Source of the DNA: Microthyrium microscopicum
Taxonomy: Eukaryota
Assembly (NCBI GenBank): GCA_010405405.1
Contig: MU004234.1
Coordinates: 1,763,275 to 1,827,274 of the forward strand
Direction: 5' to 3'
Length of the DNA: 64,000 bases
Shown: positions 23,613 through 37,149 of the stretch, one piece after another
Layout: every line of letters begins with the position of its first letter
How positions within the stretch are numbered: the first letter of the stretch is position 1
Notes under the pieces: generated by a model
The model's database searches: none
What the model saw: only the letters and a program-made list of their open reading frames with translations
What the model was told of the DNA's origin: nothing
Translations under genes and position numbers: made by a program

Positions 23613-25813
23613 TTACTGCGCCGGCGACACAATATTGTAATCTTTGAAAGTCGCGTTGCCAGCTATAATAGCGGCCTGCTGATTGACCGAGCAAGAAGCA
23701 CCAATACTCCATATATTACAAGCTCCTGGTAGCGATGGAGGTAGCGGACGTGTAATGTTGAAGCTGGACGACGGTCCCTTGGAGCTATATGTACCGTTTC
23801 CGACACCAACATTTGATATCTTTCCAGTTGCGATGTCTTTATTGAAGAGGGAGCGGTCGAAGATTTGAAATAATGTTTCTGGTTGATATCTGTGGGCTGC
23901 GGAGCATGTATCAGTATGACGAATTTGCATGATCTAGTGAGTGCGATGTTACTTACCAAGATGGCCAGCTTGGAAGACTCGTGAGAAAGAGACTTTGTTG
24001 TATTGTCGAACGACTCCCCCGACGTAGCTTTGGTTGGTTTGGATATTCTGGTAGCCTGCGCTTCGAAATTTTGAAGCATCGGTGTAGTTTATATTCAGGC
24101 TTACTTGCTCGCCGCCGAGCCCTATTCACATCATGATTAGCAGATTGTTCTTTCCAGGTTATCGTCGTACAGCATGAACTACTTACAATTACAACGATAA
24201 TCCAAGTCCCCATGAACTATCGCAAGTTTGATGCCACGACTGGCGATATAGCTCAGGTCATCAACTCCATTTCTTACTGATGGGTCGCCTGTCTCGAAGA
24301 ACCAAGTGTTCAATAACTCGTTGCTGTTGTATGTAAAGTTGACGGCAGCCCCAAGGTCAGATTGTACCGAAGCTTGATTCAGGTAGCCAACAGCATATGA
24401 AGCTCCCATCGGGTCAGGGACCTTTTGTGCGATGTTGAAAGCGGCGATCTAATAACATTAGCACGCTCACGCAAACAGTGGCTTAGCAGTACTAACCTTG
24501 GTATCCGGGAAGGCGCCCTGCACGTAGGCATAGCAGTACTTGGTAGCATCTGCGCAGACTTGGTTGACAGTGCTGTTCAGTCCAATCTCATCAGGGTCGT
24601 ATTTTTTTGACAAGGCCCGACAATTCAGTACTTGGTCTTTGCAGCCTGTCACTGGCCTTGAATAGTTGGCTTTGACTTCATTGTATACTTTCTCATCGTA
24701 GAGTCTGCCTTTGGCGCCATAAGTGTTGTTGTACGCATACTCTGGCCAGGCAGGCCCATAGTATAACCCGTCCATACACCCACTGATAATTCCTAGGGTG
24801 TCCAGATGTAAATGGATAGCGGAAGAATTGCTCAATGCGCCGGCCTGAAGTTTCTGGTTTTGACGCCCGAAGTATGCAATGGAAGATGGACCGTAGACGC
24901 CGCCATACTAAAACTGTTAGCGGATTGATGGGAGCTTGTATGTGTCAAATTACCGAAACCGTCCATAGATTGATCTTTGTTTTTTCAGTGTTATACTGTG
25001 GAAATCTAAAATGATCAGTACATTTTGACCGCATTCACAGGTAGATGACCTACTGTGAGAACCAGACTTGAGAGAAATGCCATAGTGTTCGTGCGCTCTG
25101 TCCTGCCGTCGAGGCTGTTCTCGACATATTTTGTGAAGGAAAAGTTCCAGTCCAATTCAGAGGAGTGGCCGCAGTAACATTACTACCGCCGACAGGATTG
25201 ACCAATTCTGAAAGTAAATCCAAGGTGCCATTGGTTAAACTATCATAGGAGAACCCGGTCTGTGACGGCTGGTCTATGTAGAGCAAGTTGGAGTTGCGAT
25301 TCCACGAATACGGGTTGAAGGTCGTGGTTTTCGAATCCTTATTCACAAGGCAAGGCCCGTTCTCTTCTATTGCCGATGATGCAGACGCTGCTCCTGGTCC
25401 TCCTTCAAGATAAATTGTGGTTGGAGCAGATGAAGGGTTGTTTTGAGATTCTATAGAGACGTTACATTAGCCTCCTACATTGCTTACTTAGATCGAATAT
25501 TTCCAATCTGCTACTTACCAAAGAACCAAAAGAACATGTTAACTTCGTATGGGGTCGCAGAATCCACAGTCGAAGGTATGTGAACGTAACCAGAGAATGC
25601 TTTAAGACCTGGGTAGCAATTTAAAACCGTTGTCTGAGCATAGTCAGCGTGAAATCAGTACATGAATATGTTGCTTACATTTCTCAGACTCAAGGAAGCG
25701 CCGGGCACAAGTATTGATGGCATGACTTGGATATTCTGCACTTTGGGTGGAAATCCTCCATCACCAAATGCCAGAGAGGCCAACGATGCCAACAGCGGCA
25801 ATTTGGAGATCAT
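23613..25813 (-). CDS. Secreted serine carboxypeptidase (peptidase S10), multi-exon
   Basis: Signal peptide [17 protein letters not shown]. Motifs [54 protein letters not shown] (catalytic Ser), HGDLDYRCN (Asp) and FSRVFQAGH (His). Confidence 0.9.
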
Positions 25814-26987
25814 GGTATTTCTTTGTTTAGTGTATTCGTCGTATATCTTTCACCAGTTCAAAACAGATTTGGACATAGAAGCCTAGTTCTGTAAGAGGGT
25901 ATTAAGATAACTTGAGTACTTTGGATAAGTTGATTTTGTCCTTCCTTCATCTAAAGTGTGCATTCAGGTTTTATACGCCAAAGAAACTATGCGATTGCGG
26001 AAGCCTGGAATGTGGCTGACCAAACGTAACGGAACTCGTCACGATGTACAGCTTTTGTTTTGGTGATGAGATCGACGTCCAGGTACCAAGCAAAATCCGA
26101 GGGTACTGACGCTACGCAGGATACAGCCGAATTTGGAAGGTTTGAATGGATATAGCGATTGTGGCTGTGAATGATAAGCAATTACAATCTAGTAGTAGGA
26201 AGCAAGAGCGCACAAGTCCGAGGGACAATGTTTTAAGTTTTTGAATAGATGTGCATTTTGGGAGCTTCAGTGGTTAATGGTCTATAACTTATGAAATGAT
26301 TGTGAATCGTGATCGCTCAATAAGCTACCTATTGATGGTATGCTATATTCACTTGATCCCGCACCCTAGACGGATCGTGAAGGATTTCTTGATGTTCCTG
26401 CCAATTATAGGCACTCGACTGAAAAGTTGAATCTTATTGCGGCACAATAACTTTTTATTGACTTAACCAATAAGGGGGTAATCTATTCAGCAAACTATAG
26501 CAAATAGCACAATTGGCACAAGGGTTGCTTTAAGATCCTGGTTACGGTAACCTGTAGAATGGCAAGTTCCGAGTTTGTATTCGACTAAGCTTATTTCCAT
26601 TAGGAACCATCATACCAACCGCTGCTCGTACCAGCTAACTCAATGCGAAATTGTCCATCATTCGTTGTTGGCCTGGGTTGACGTAGATCGTGGCTTGGTG
26701 GTTTCACATCACTGGCCTTCGTCTATTGAACCCGAATTGATCTAGTCATGAATTGTAGATGAATCTTTGAAGATTCATCTTGCGAAAATGTGAAATCTTC
26801 ACGTGTACGCAGAATGTGTTTTGCTTCTGTCAGGTAAGTCTTTCAATCGTTTGAGTGATTACCCGAGTCCTTTTTATTGTGTGTTGATAAAGATACCGTA
26901 AGCCGGCCATAACGCTACGCATTATGGAGTACACGACAAGTTATTGACAAGCGGAGAGGATACATGGCAAACTCTAGGTCTTTCGAC

Positions 26988-28210
26988 TCAGAGCGGAAGA
27001 ATGTACGGATCGGGGCCGGCTGGAATGATTTTAGCTTTGATGGCCAATGTATATCCGGGTTTGTACTGAATGAGACAGTGTTAGTGATTCTCACTTGATA
27101 AATCATTGAGTTCTTACAAGCTCGAACTTGGTGGTATTCTTGAAAGCACCACCATTTGTCGTTTCGCTCTCATCCCAATACAGATTTCTCAGCCACTGAT
27201 GAATATTGGGATAATCGTGCCGGATCATCTTCAAATTACATTTGAAAATGGTATAATATGCCACATCAAATCGAGCCATAGTTGTATACAGTCTAATATC
27301 CGCTTCAGTGATATTCTTCCCGAACAAATATGGCTGATTTGCTGATTTCGAAAGATGTTCTTCCACCCGATTCAGAGACTTGAAGAGCGTGTAGACATGC
27401 TCATCGTATGCCTCCTGAGTGGAAGCAAATCCACATTTGTACACGCCATTGTTGATCGTGTTATACACCCAGTTATTCATGGCTTCAATATCAGCTCTAA
27501 GGTGCGGCGCAAACAAGCCTGCTTCACCCTTGGTCTCTTCACGACGTTCCACGGGCAGAAACTCGTCAAAGGCAGAATAGAACATGCGAATGATCTCGCT
27601 GCTCTCGTTATTGACAATCGTCTCTGAATTACTGTTAGCATTCTTCATACCAGAAATAAGCCGCTTTACCAGTCTTCTTGTCCCAAAGCATCGGTACAGT
27701 CACAATGCCCGTATAGCCGGGCGCAACCTTCTCATAAAATTGGCGCAAGTAGCGAAATCCGTAAAGTGGATCTTTGTCTGCAGCAAAAGTTCCCGTAAAT
27801 TCCCATCCCTTTTCAGCGTCTTTCCCGTCGAGTTCGACGAGCTGAACAACGTCTTCCAGTCCTTTTAGCGCTCTGGTGATTATTGTCCGATGGGCCCATG
27901 GACATCCATAATGGACGTATAGAACATAACGCCCGTCTTCAGCTGGAAAGGGCGAATTGGGGTCTGGTGAGACAAAGTCACGAAACACTGTGAGCTAGTT
28001 AGTACCATTATTCTGTGGGATGTCGATTACTCAAGGTAAAGACCCAATTGGGGGCCTTTTTTGGAAATAAACTGACCAGAATCTGGTCGTCTAAATCTGC
28101 CATCGCCATCAGCATAATCGCCCGCTCTCCAGGAAGCCTATAAATTTCAGCCTTATAACTTGCTTCAGACATGAGGATGCAAAATGATGTACCTTTTTAG
28201 TCTCCGTCAT
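26988..28210 (-). CDS. Omega/Xi-class glutathione transferase (ECM4/YqjG-like glutathionyl-hydroquinone reductase)
   Basis: DGRFRRPDS, FPAEDGRYVLYVHYGCPWAHRT, TVPMLWDKKT|ETIVNNESSEIIRM, NNGVYKCGFA and TEADIRLYTT, ending IIPAGPDPYILPL*. Four introns. Confidence 0.9.
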
Positions 28211-29929
28211 CTTTGCCAGTGGAAGGAGATACTTTTTTCGAGTCTCTTACAGGAACTAGTTTTGATGAGATCTTGAGAATTCGTGCTACTGAGAATGGCG
28301 TGTAGGTCATATATGCATGAGAACAACTCGTTCCTCTTAAAAGTTATGATGTTAGAAAGCTCCACTGAGAAAAGCTCTCTTGATTGGTAAGGCAAGCTTC
28401 TCTCGGAAGACCTGCAGTCCGTTCCGAGTTGGGATTAAATCGACAGCTCGTAAGCAACAGTGAAGACGGAGTTTAATAATTCAACCTAATCATTTCGAAC
28501 TTGATATCACGGGAACTAACTTCGTAAAAGCTGTTTATGAGTCTTTATCCTGCAATATAGCAGTAGATTTCGCCTATAATCAAATATACAGAGAGCTAGT
28601 GGTTGCAGCAAGCAGTCAAAAATGGGTCCAATCAAAGAGAACCAGAGAAAGCCTGCTATATATTTGTTGCTGGTAGAGAATTCAATCTTTTTGGTGTGCC
28701 ATCATATTCTAAGGCTATTTGCTTTCAGATAATAATAATGAAAATTAACCTCACTCTTTTAAAGCTGCCTACCCTATCGTCCTCCAATTTGACCCTTTGG
28801 AATAGGTCGAATCCACGCCACAGAAAGGTTCATCACAATAGCAATGACTCCCAAAATCCAGATAGATTTTCCATAGTTCGTTACATTATAGCGAAAAATG
28901 ATAGCTCCAATGACACCACCAAACTATATCGCATGTCAGTCCACCAACTCCGATAACTCTTTTGAGGGGCTTTAAAAACTTACGTTGCCTACTGCGCCGA
29001 CAAAACCGGACACAATACCATTGGCCTGTGGATGGACGTGAGGAACCAGCGCAAAGTTGGCGCCGTTGCTAGCGTCCATGAAGAATGCGAGGCCAGCGAC
29101 AAGACCAATCATGGTGTGTTGGTTATGTGAATTGGCGAGGCCGATGGCAAGCATAAAGACACCCATGGTGACACCGAGGAAGTGGATCCATATTTTCTTG
29201 GCCCAGAGGTTGCCTTTGGTATATTTGTAGATGATGTCGCTGATAATTCCACCTGTTTGTTGTTAGCAAGTTTATAGATCAAGAAGGGCGAGTGGTTAGA
29301 ACGTACCAAGAGGACGACCATAGACATTCAGAAGACCGAACATAGCGGCCCATCGGCCTGATGAGGTTTGGCCTAGTTTGGGGAAGTTCTTGAGGTAATA
29401 AGCTCCGAGAACGGAATTAATGGCAAGCTCAGATCCAAAGGAGTTGAAGTAGCATGCCATAAGCGCGACTGTTTGAGGAGAGATGAAGACTTTGAAGATT
29501 TCCTTTGCACTTGGTTTCTCGATGACTTCGTGGGCATACTCGGCATCGATCTCGGTGACTTCACCTTTTCCAAACTCTACGTCCTTGGTGATAGCTAGCT
29601 TGTCAACCTTCTCCGTCGAATCCGCTGGTGATGCGCCAGTGCTCTCGCCGTAGACAACGCTACTTTGGGGAACATGCCGGCCTTGCTCATGGATGACTCT
29701 CAAGTTGGCTTCAACAGCCTCATGTCGCTCCGACCACTTGCCAACAGGTGTGTCCGGGCATAAAACGACCATCAAAATAGCTGTGCCCACGATAATAGCA
29801 AACGGTACGAAAAAGGCTCGTCGCCAAGCATCGTGAGGTGAAAGCTTGTAGTGTCCAACAAAGTGGTCGAATATAGCAGGCATGATAAAGTAAGTAATAC
29901 CTCCGCCAGAGTTCCCAAAACCACCCGTC

Positions 29930-30143
29930 TATGACGCGTAATAGCGGCTAACCTATTCATATTAAAGAATACCAAAACCAAATCCTACAACCCCTAAATC
30001 TTAACCATAATTCTAATTTAGCAACGTATTTCTCTATTTATAATAATTTTAAGACCTATTCTAAACTCCCCTTAATAAGGGCTATCTTTAAAAGATATTT
30101 TTAAGAAGATTTATTTTTAGTTACGTAGTACTATAAAATATCT
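29930..30143 (+). repeat. Left terminal inverted repeat (214 bp)
   Basis: tatgacgcgtaatagcggctaacctattcatattaaagaataccaaaaccaaatcctacaacccctaaatc...tagtactataaaatatct matches the reverse complement of 40940-41153, differing mainly by transitions. Confidence 0.95.
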
Positions 30144-33100
30144 TTAAAAGCAAAAAGGTTACTAATTATTAGTAAGATAGTATCCTTATATAATACTATA
30201 GCTTACATAGAAGGATATAATAAGCTATATATAGATTTTAGTATAGTTATAAGAATATATTATAAGTAAAGATATTAGTTCGTAAAGAAGCTTACTAAAT
30301 TTAGTAAAGGAATATTCTTTAAAAGGACTATACTTACAATATCTTTCCTAAAATAGCTTTAATAAATAAAATAACTCTATATAAGGGTTTTAATTAGAGT
30401 AAATACTATAGAGCTCCTTCCTTAAAAGGATAAAAGCAAGATTATAAATTTATAACTATAGTAAAGTTTAATAAAGCTTAATAATAGTAGTTCCTTACTA
30501 AATTAGCTTATAAGTAAGCCTTAGCTATAATATCCCTTTTATAGTATTATTCCTTTTATAGATTCTTAGGTTATTCCTTTATATATTATCTCTTTAGATT
30601 AAGTATTAAGTCTTAGTAGTAAGGAAAATATAATTCTTTACTAAATAATATTATTCTAGTATGTTATCTTTTTTACTTATAACTACTTTACTAACTTTTA
30701 GTAAATCTAAGTTGCTAAAAACTTCTATCTCTTTAGCTATAATGTCTTCTAATGCTTTTCTACTACTAATTTATATTCTTAAAAGTAATTTCTAGCTTTT
30801 AATATAATTATATAAGCTTTAAGACATTAACTTAAAGTATTTTAGACTTTTCTATTTATATTATATAAAGTAAAGTTACGTTCTAGTAAGCCTATATCCC
30901 TTAGCTTATATACTAAATTATTATATATACTATTTAGCTTACTAATTAGTAGAACTATTAATACTAAAAGTATAAGTATTCTTTATAAATACTAATTATC
31001 TTATAAAATGTATCTATACTTAAATATTTAAGGAGCTAGCTTACTATTATAGAATACTATACTTATAAAAATATAAAAAAAGTAAGAAAATAGTATAAAA
31101 TTAGCGCTAAGATAGTTAGTACTACTATATAATAATCTTATAGAGCTAAATTATATATAAGTTTATCTTTTCTTATTAAATTAAGTATAACTAATATAAT
31201 TAAGTAATAAAATTATAGTAAAGAAGGTTTAGTAAAGTAAGATTTTTTAGTATTAAGTAAAAGAGAGACTATAACTCTAATTTAGCTATTATATCTAAGT
31301 AACGCTAAGCTAGTTTATATAGTAAGTAGTATATATACCTAAGTCTTATTAAGTTTCTTTATAGCTATATTAAGAACTAAGTAAATAAAGGAATAATATT
31401 TTTTTAGCTATTTTATAAAAGAAGAAAAAAAAATATTATTTATAATTATCTAAAAAATTTTATATAATTTAAAATTATATAGAATTTATAGTAATTATTT
31501 AAGCTTATACTATATAGTAGTTTTATACCTACGTAGTCTTATTATAATAATTTAGTAGTAAATATTACTTTAGGAATAACATTCTACTACTATAAAGTAA
31601 ACCTTCTTAGCTAAAAAGCTTTCTTTATTCTTAATTCTATACTTTCTAGTATAGTATACTTCTATATATATAAAATTAATTATAAAGCCTATTATACTAT
31701 TCCTTTCTAAAGACTACTTAAGAGAATACGTATAGTAAAATACTTTATAATAAAATACTTAGTATTTTACTTATAACGCATACTCTATAGATAACCTATT
31801 AAAATATATTAAGGTATTTATCCTTTATAAAAAGATACCTTATATAAAGAATTAAGATATTATTTTACTTATTATATAAGGAATTAAGATATTATTTTAC
31901 TTATTATATATATTTATTTTAGTAAAATAAAAAAAATAACTTATAGTTACTTTTTAAAGTACTATTTAATAATTACTTAGCTTTAAAGTAGCTAAAATTA
32001 GTAAAGATTACTAGTCTAACCTATCTCTATAACCTAGTCTAGTTTTCTAAATATATAAATATTAATTAGCTAGAATAGCTATAAAGCTTTTCTATTACTA
32101 AGTAGTATTATTTAATACTATATATTACTTAGGTAAGTAGAGCTTTCTATAATAAAGCTTATTAAGTAGTATATTTATACTAATACTTAGTAAAATTACT
32201 ATAAAGGTATCTTAATAAATCTTAATTAATATTAAGACCCTTTTAAGGTAATAATATTATAATAATCTTTATAACTATTTATACTTTAGTATTTATTATT
32301 AAAGATATCTTATTATACTTTATTAGTTACTCTTCTTTAATACGCTTTCTAAAGAAGATTAAAATAGTAAAGTATTTTTTATATTAATTTTTTTCTTTTA
32401 AAAAAAAGTCTTAATATCTTTAATATTAATACGTTCTATATTAATATATTATATTACGCTAAGTTAATCTATAATAATATAAGTAATTTTTAACTATTAA
32501 TTAATTAATATTTTAGTTATACTAAATACTATAACTACTTACTACCTAGAGATACTATATATAAAATATAAATAATATTACTACCCTTTATTAGTTATAG
32601 CCTACTATAGACTATTATCTATAATAGGCTTATTAATAATAACTAATTACCTCCTTATTTAAAATTTTTATCTTATAGATAGGCTTACTAGTTATAATAA
32701 AGTAATTCTAGTATACCTTTTAAGTCTAATCTTGTTTTTCCTTTACCTATTTTACTAATAATACTTTCCTAAGGCTATAATTCTATATAACCTATTATAC
32801 TTATATAGTAGTTATACTCTAGTCTAAAGTATAGTAATTAGGTTATTCTATATATTAAAGGAGCTTACATTTTATAATATAAAGGAAAGTTAGTTAAAAA
32901 CTAGCATATTATTTAAATACTATTTAAACTAAATACTAGTAAATTAGTAATTAGAAAGAAGATTACCTAAAAACTAAAGCTAACTACTATAATTTTCTAC
33001 TATAATTTTTATTTAAACTAGGCTTTCTAAAGACTTTCTAATATTATTATAGCCTTATTATTATTATATATAGAGATAATTCTATATACTACCCTATATC

Positions 33101-34899
33101 CTTAAGAAGTATAAGTACTATATTAAGAATAATATAAATAGTATAAGTAGGTTATAAGATTATTAACCTATATAAACTATAAGCTCTTAATTTTACTAAG
33201 AGTATTCCTATTTATAAAAAGTAATCCTACCTTAATCTAGTATTAATAAGTATATTTAATACGTTAGCCCTAATATATAATAGAGATTATACTTTTTACT
33301 TTAGTATAAAGTATATATCTTTTCTAAGAAGGTTAAGTTTATTAGGTAAGGACTCTAAGTAGCCTTATTAAAGTAATTTAACTATATTATTTATTAGCTA
33401 GTAGTTATACTTTAGATATACTTAATTTTTCTTTAAATAAAAATCTTAATATATATTATTAATCTAAAGTAGTAAATATTATTATTAAAAGAATATAGAT
33501 ACAAAAGCCTTTAAAAAAATAGAGAAACTTTATTACTTAATATATAATTAGTAGTATATTATAAGAAAAGTAAGAATATACTTTCTATTAATATATACTA
33601 AATAATATAAATAGATATTAATAAATATTATTATTAATTTATTAATATATAAAGGCAAGCTAGTTAACTACTTCTAAATATCTTTATTTAAGTAGCGTTC
33701 TTCTTAAGTTAAAAAGTATTAGTCTCTAGTAGATAGAAGTAGTAACTATAACATATATCTAAATACTAAATAATTAAGTAGTAAAAAAGTAGCTTAGAGT
33801 TAGCTAGTATTTAAAAATATATTACTAGCTATAGTAGTTACTAACTAGTTATTATACTTATTTATAAAGGAATATTATAAAATCTAAGTAGTTAAACTTT
33901 TAACTTATAAGGCTTATATATCTATCTACCTTATTACCTAGTAATAATTAACAACTTTAAGAATAAATTAAAGGTTTATTTAAGATATCTAGAAGTATAG
34001 AATAATAGGCTTATATTTTATATATTATAATTAATAAAAATAAAAATATAAAAAGTATATTATAAGCTATCCTTTGCTAAATTTAAGCCTATAATATATA
34101 CTTTAGATAAGTCCTAAATTTACTCTATTATTTACTAATTTACTTTAAGATAGTAAAGATTACTTTTAGTATTTCTATTTATTTTAGTAGTTATTTTTTA
34201 ATATATTTACTTTTATTATTATTACTACGCTTAGGATAATAAAGTAAGTATACTACTTTATTTACTCTAAGTACTTATTATATATTTAGTTTTTTTATCT
34301 TTTTAAAAAGTCTTCTATCTATAAGAATAGTATTATATTAATAAGTTAAAGCTAATTATAAACTTAGGTATATATTATAAGTATTAATTAAAGTATAGCT
34401 AGTAGTACTTCTTTTTAAAAAGATAGTTATATCTAATATAATAGTATATCTTTATAAAGAACTTTATTATATATATATTAATAAAGTACTAAATCCCTAC
34501 CTACTATATTATTAATTAAGGTAATACTTTATATAGAAAAAATATATATTAGTAATAAAATAACTAATAAGTAAGAATTTATTTACTTCCTCCTACTATT
34601 AAAAAGAATACTAACTTAATATTAGACTAATAAAAATCCTAATTTAGGTAAATATTAGCTCCTCTAGAGCTATATTAGACTCTAATTATTTTCTTAGTTT
34701 ACCTAAGAAATAGTTAAAGTCTAATATTAAAAGATAAAGACTTAAAAATACTAAGAGCAGTATATATAAGTTAAATTTAACTCTCTTTTAGTATAGTATA
34801 CCTTTTAGTAGTATATTATCTAAAATAAAAAATAGATTAAAATTATAAGTTAATATAGGTATAACTTTCTCTAAATCTTACTCTATAGTTAAAGTTACT

Positions 34900-35775
34900 A
34901 CTTTATAAGATATTCTAATATAGAAATATTTAGCTAAAAAGTCCTTAAAATAAATAAAGCTTATATATTCTTAGCTACTCTTTTAGTTTACTAAGAGGTA
35001 GCTAAAGATTTATAAGCTTTATTTTACCCTATATATTATCTTAATAATATTTACTTTAAGAGTTATAGATTTAATTAAGTCCTTAATACTAATAACTAAA
35101 TATAAATTAATATAATATAATATTAAATTAAAGAATCTTACTTAGCGCTCTTTTATAAGGACCTTTAGCGCTATATAGATAGTAAAAAGAAGTTAAATAT
35201 TTTTAAGGTACGTTTAAAAATAGAGAAGATAAAGATATATATAGATCATAATAGTAATATAATAGGCTTATTAGTTAAGTTTAGCAACTTAAATCTTCTA
35301 AAAAGTAAGGATATATTAATATTATTAATATGCTTTTAAGGTAGACTATAGAGATTATATAAGTAAGTAAGAAGAATTCTTAAAAACATAAATAAGGCTA
35401 AGGTAAGCTTTATTTAGATAAATAGTACTAAATAGAGAAAATATTACTAGCCTATTTATATTTTAAATAATACTAAAAAAATTAATATATCTTTAAAAGC
35501 TTTAAAAGAGATAAATAAAGTAAAGATTAAAAAAGAATAAGAAAAGAATAAGTAATTAGTTTAAGAGGTTAACTTTAATAAAGGCTACTCTCTTTATAAA
35601 TATAATAGTAAGAGGTTATTAAAGCGCTATTATAAATTTAATAATAAGGATATAGATAACTATATTATATATAAAGAAAAAAATAAAGTTACTCCTAATT
35701 AAAAAGTCTTAGAAGAATATAGTCTAAATATTAAAGAGCCTACTACCTTTACTCTTAAATATCTAGTAGCCTAAT
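34900..35775 (+). pseudogene. RIP-degraded internal ORF of the TIR element, unknown product (boundaries approximate)
   Basis: One frame reads protein-like for about 200 codons (..KVRLKIEKIKIYIDHNSNIIGLLVKFSNL..CF*GRL*RLYK..EVNFNKGYSLYKYNSKRLLKRYY..) with only TAA/TAG stops. No family recognised. Confidence 0.35.
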
Positions 35776-37149
35776 AATTAACTTTATTAATCCTCCTTAA
35801 GTTATTTCCTACGAACTAATATTATATCTATCTTAAACAAGACTATAACTCCTCTATAAACTAGTAGCCTAAGAAAGTCTATTAAAATTAGAGTTAAAGC
35901 TTAATAACTATTATTATATATCCTAATAAGTAGCTAATAATATTAAATAGAAATATAACTAATCTTTTATAAGAATATATTAATACTTAACTAATAACTT
36001 CTTTAGCCTCTAAATTTATAATTTAGTACTACTTTTAATTAATTTAATTTTTAGTTAGTAGTTCTAGTTCTAGTAATATTTATAATAATATTATATAAAT
36101 TCCTTAAGCTTATTTTTTAACTATTTTATCTTTATATAGTAGTTTTCTATACTATATTTTATAACTTCTACTTAATAAATTATATTAATTATTATATTTA
36201 CTAACGTTTATTTAGGTTTAACCTATAAGTTAATAAACTACTTAAGAATTCTAAGAGCATTAGTTTAGTAGAATAAAGAAGGAGCATAATAAGTTAATAA
36301 GCTAGTTACTTATTATTTTATAGCATACACGTAGTCTTATATAAGGATATATTATTAGATTAGTTAGCCCTATTTTAGTAAAGGCTAACGCCCTTACTAA
36401 GATTTAGTCTTATTTAAGTTTAAGGTTTATATATAAATATATACTAGTAATTAAGGCTTAAAGTATAAAGTTAATATTTTATAGCTAAAATTTAAGAAAC
36501 TAAAATTCTTTATTATAATTTATTTATAAAGAGTAGCGTATAAGTTAGTAAATAAAGATATAAATAGAGTATAGTATAAACTAGCTAAATAGACGATTAT
36601 ATAATAAATACTTTAATATAACGTTACTACTAGTAAGGTACTAAGGTACTCTAAGTAAGCTAAGATATCTACTATCTACTTTCTTACTTAAGCCTCTAAG
36701 CCTATTACTATATAGATCTATACTCTTAATATACTACTTAAAAGGCTTAATAACTATTTAGAATAAATTAATAAGAAAGTAAGAGCTTTATTACTTATTA
36801 AGAGTCTTAGTTATTAATAGGAATACTTACTATAGATGCTTATAGTCTTTCTTATTAAATAATAGTTCTTATATTAGTATTACCTATTACGCTAATAAGA
36901 TATAACTACCTATTATAGATAGCTTAAGCAAGTAATTAGTTATTTATAGAGATATCTAAAGCTTAATAGTAGGTATTAAACTAATAAATATAGAAGAATT
37001 ATCTATTAAAAAGTAAAACTAGCTAATATAAAACCTTTAAAGAGAAACTAAGTAGTTTAAGCCTACCTTCTAGCCTAATTATAGATAAACGTACTAATAA
37101 AATATATTAATTTACTAAGTACTAAGGCTTAGTCTAACTACTACTATAA

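Noticed and set aside
29924..29929. Alternative 5-bp TSD (CCCGT) with an extra terminal C
   Set aside because: It gives the same empty site but asymmetric ends. A 6-bp TSD with one RIP-type C>T change is more parsimonious.
31841..31910. 32-bp tandem duplication inside the TIR element, and the other 30-bp repeats, as CRISPR-like arrays
   Set aside because: Head-to-tail copies without spacers in a eukaryotic repeat; simple slippage or coding repeats.
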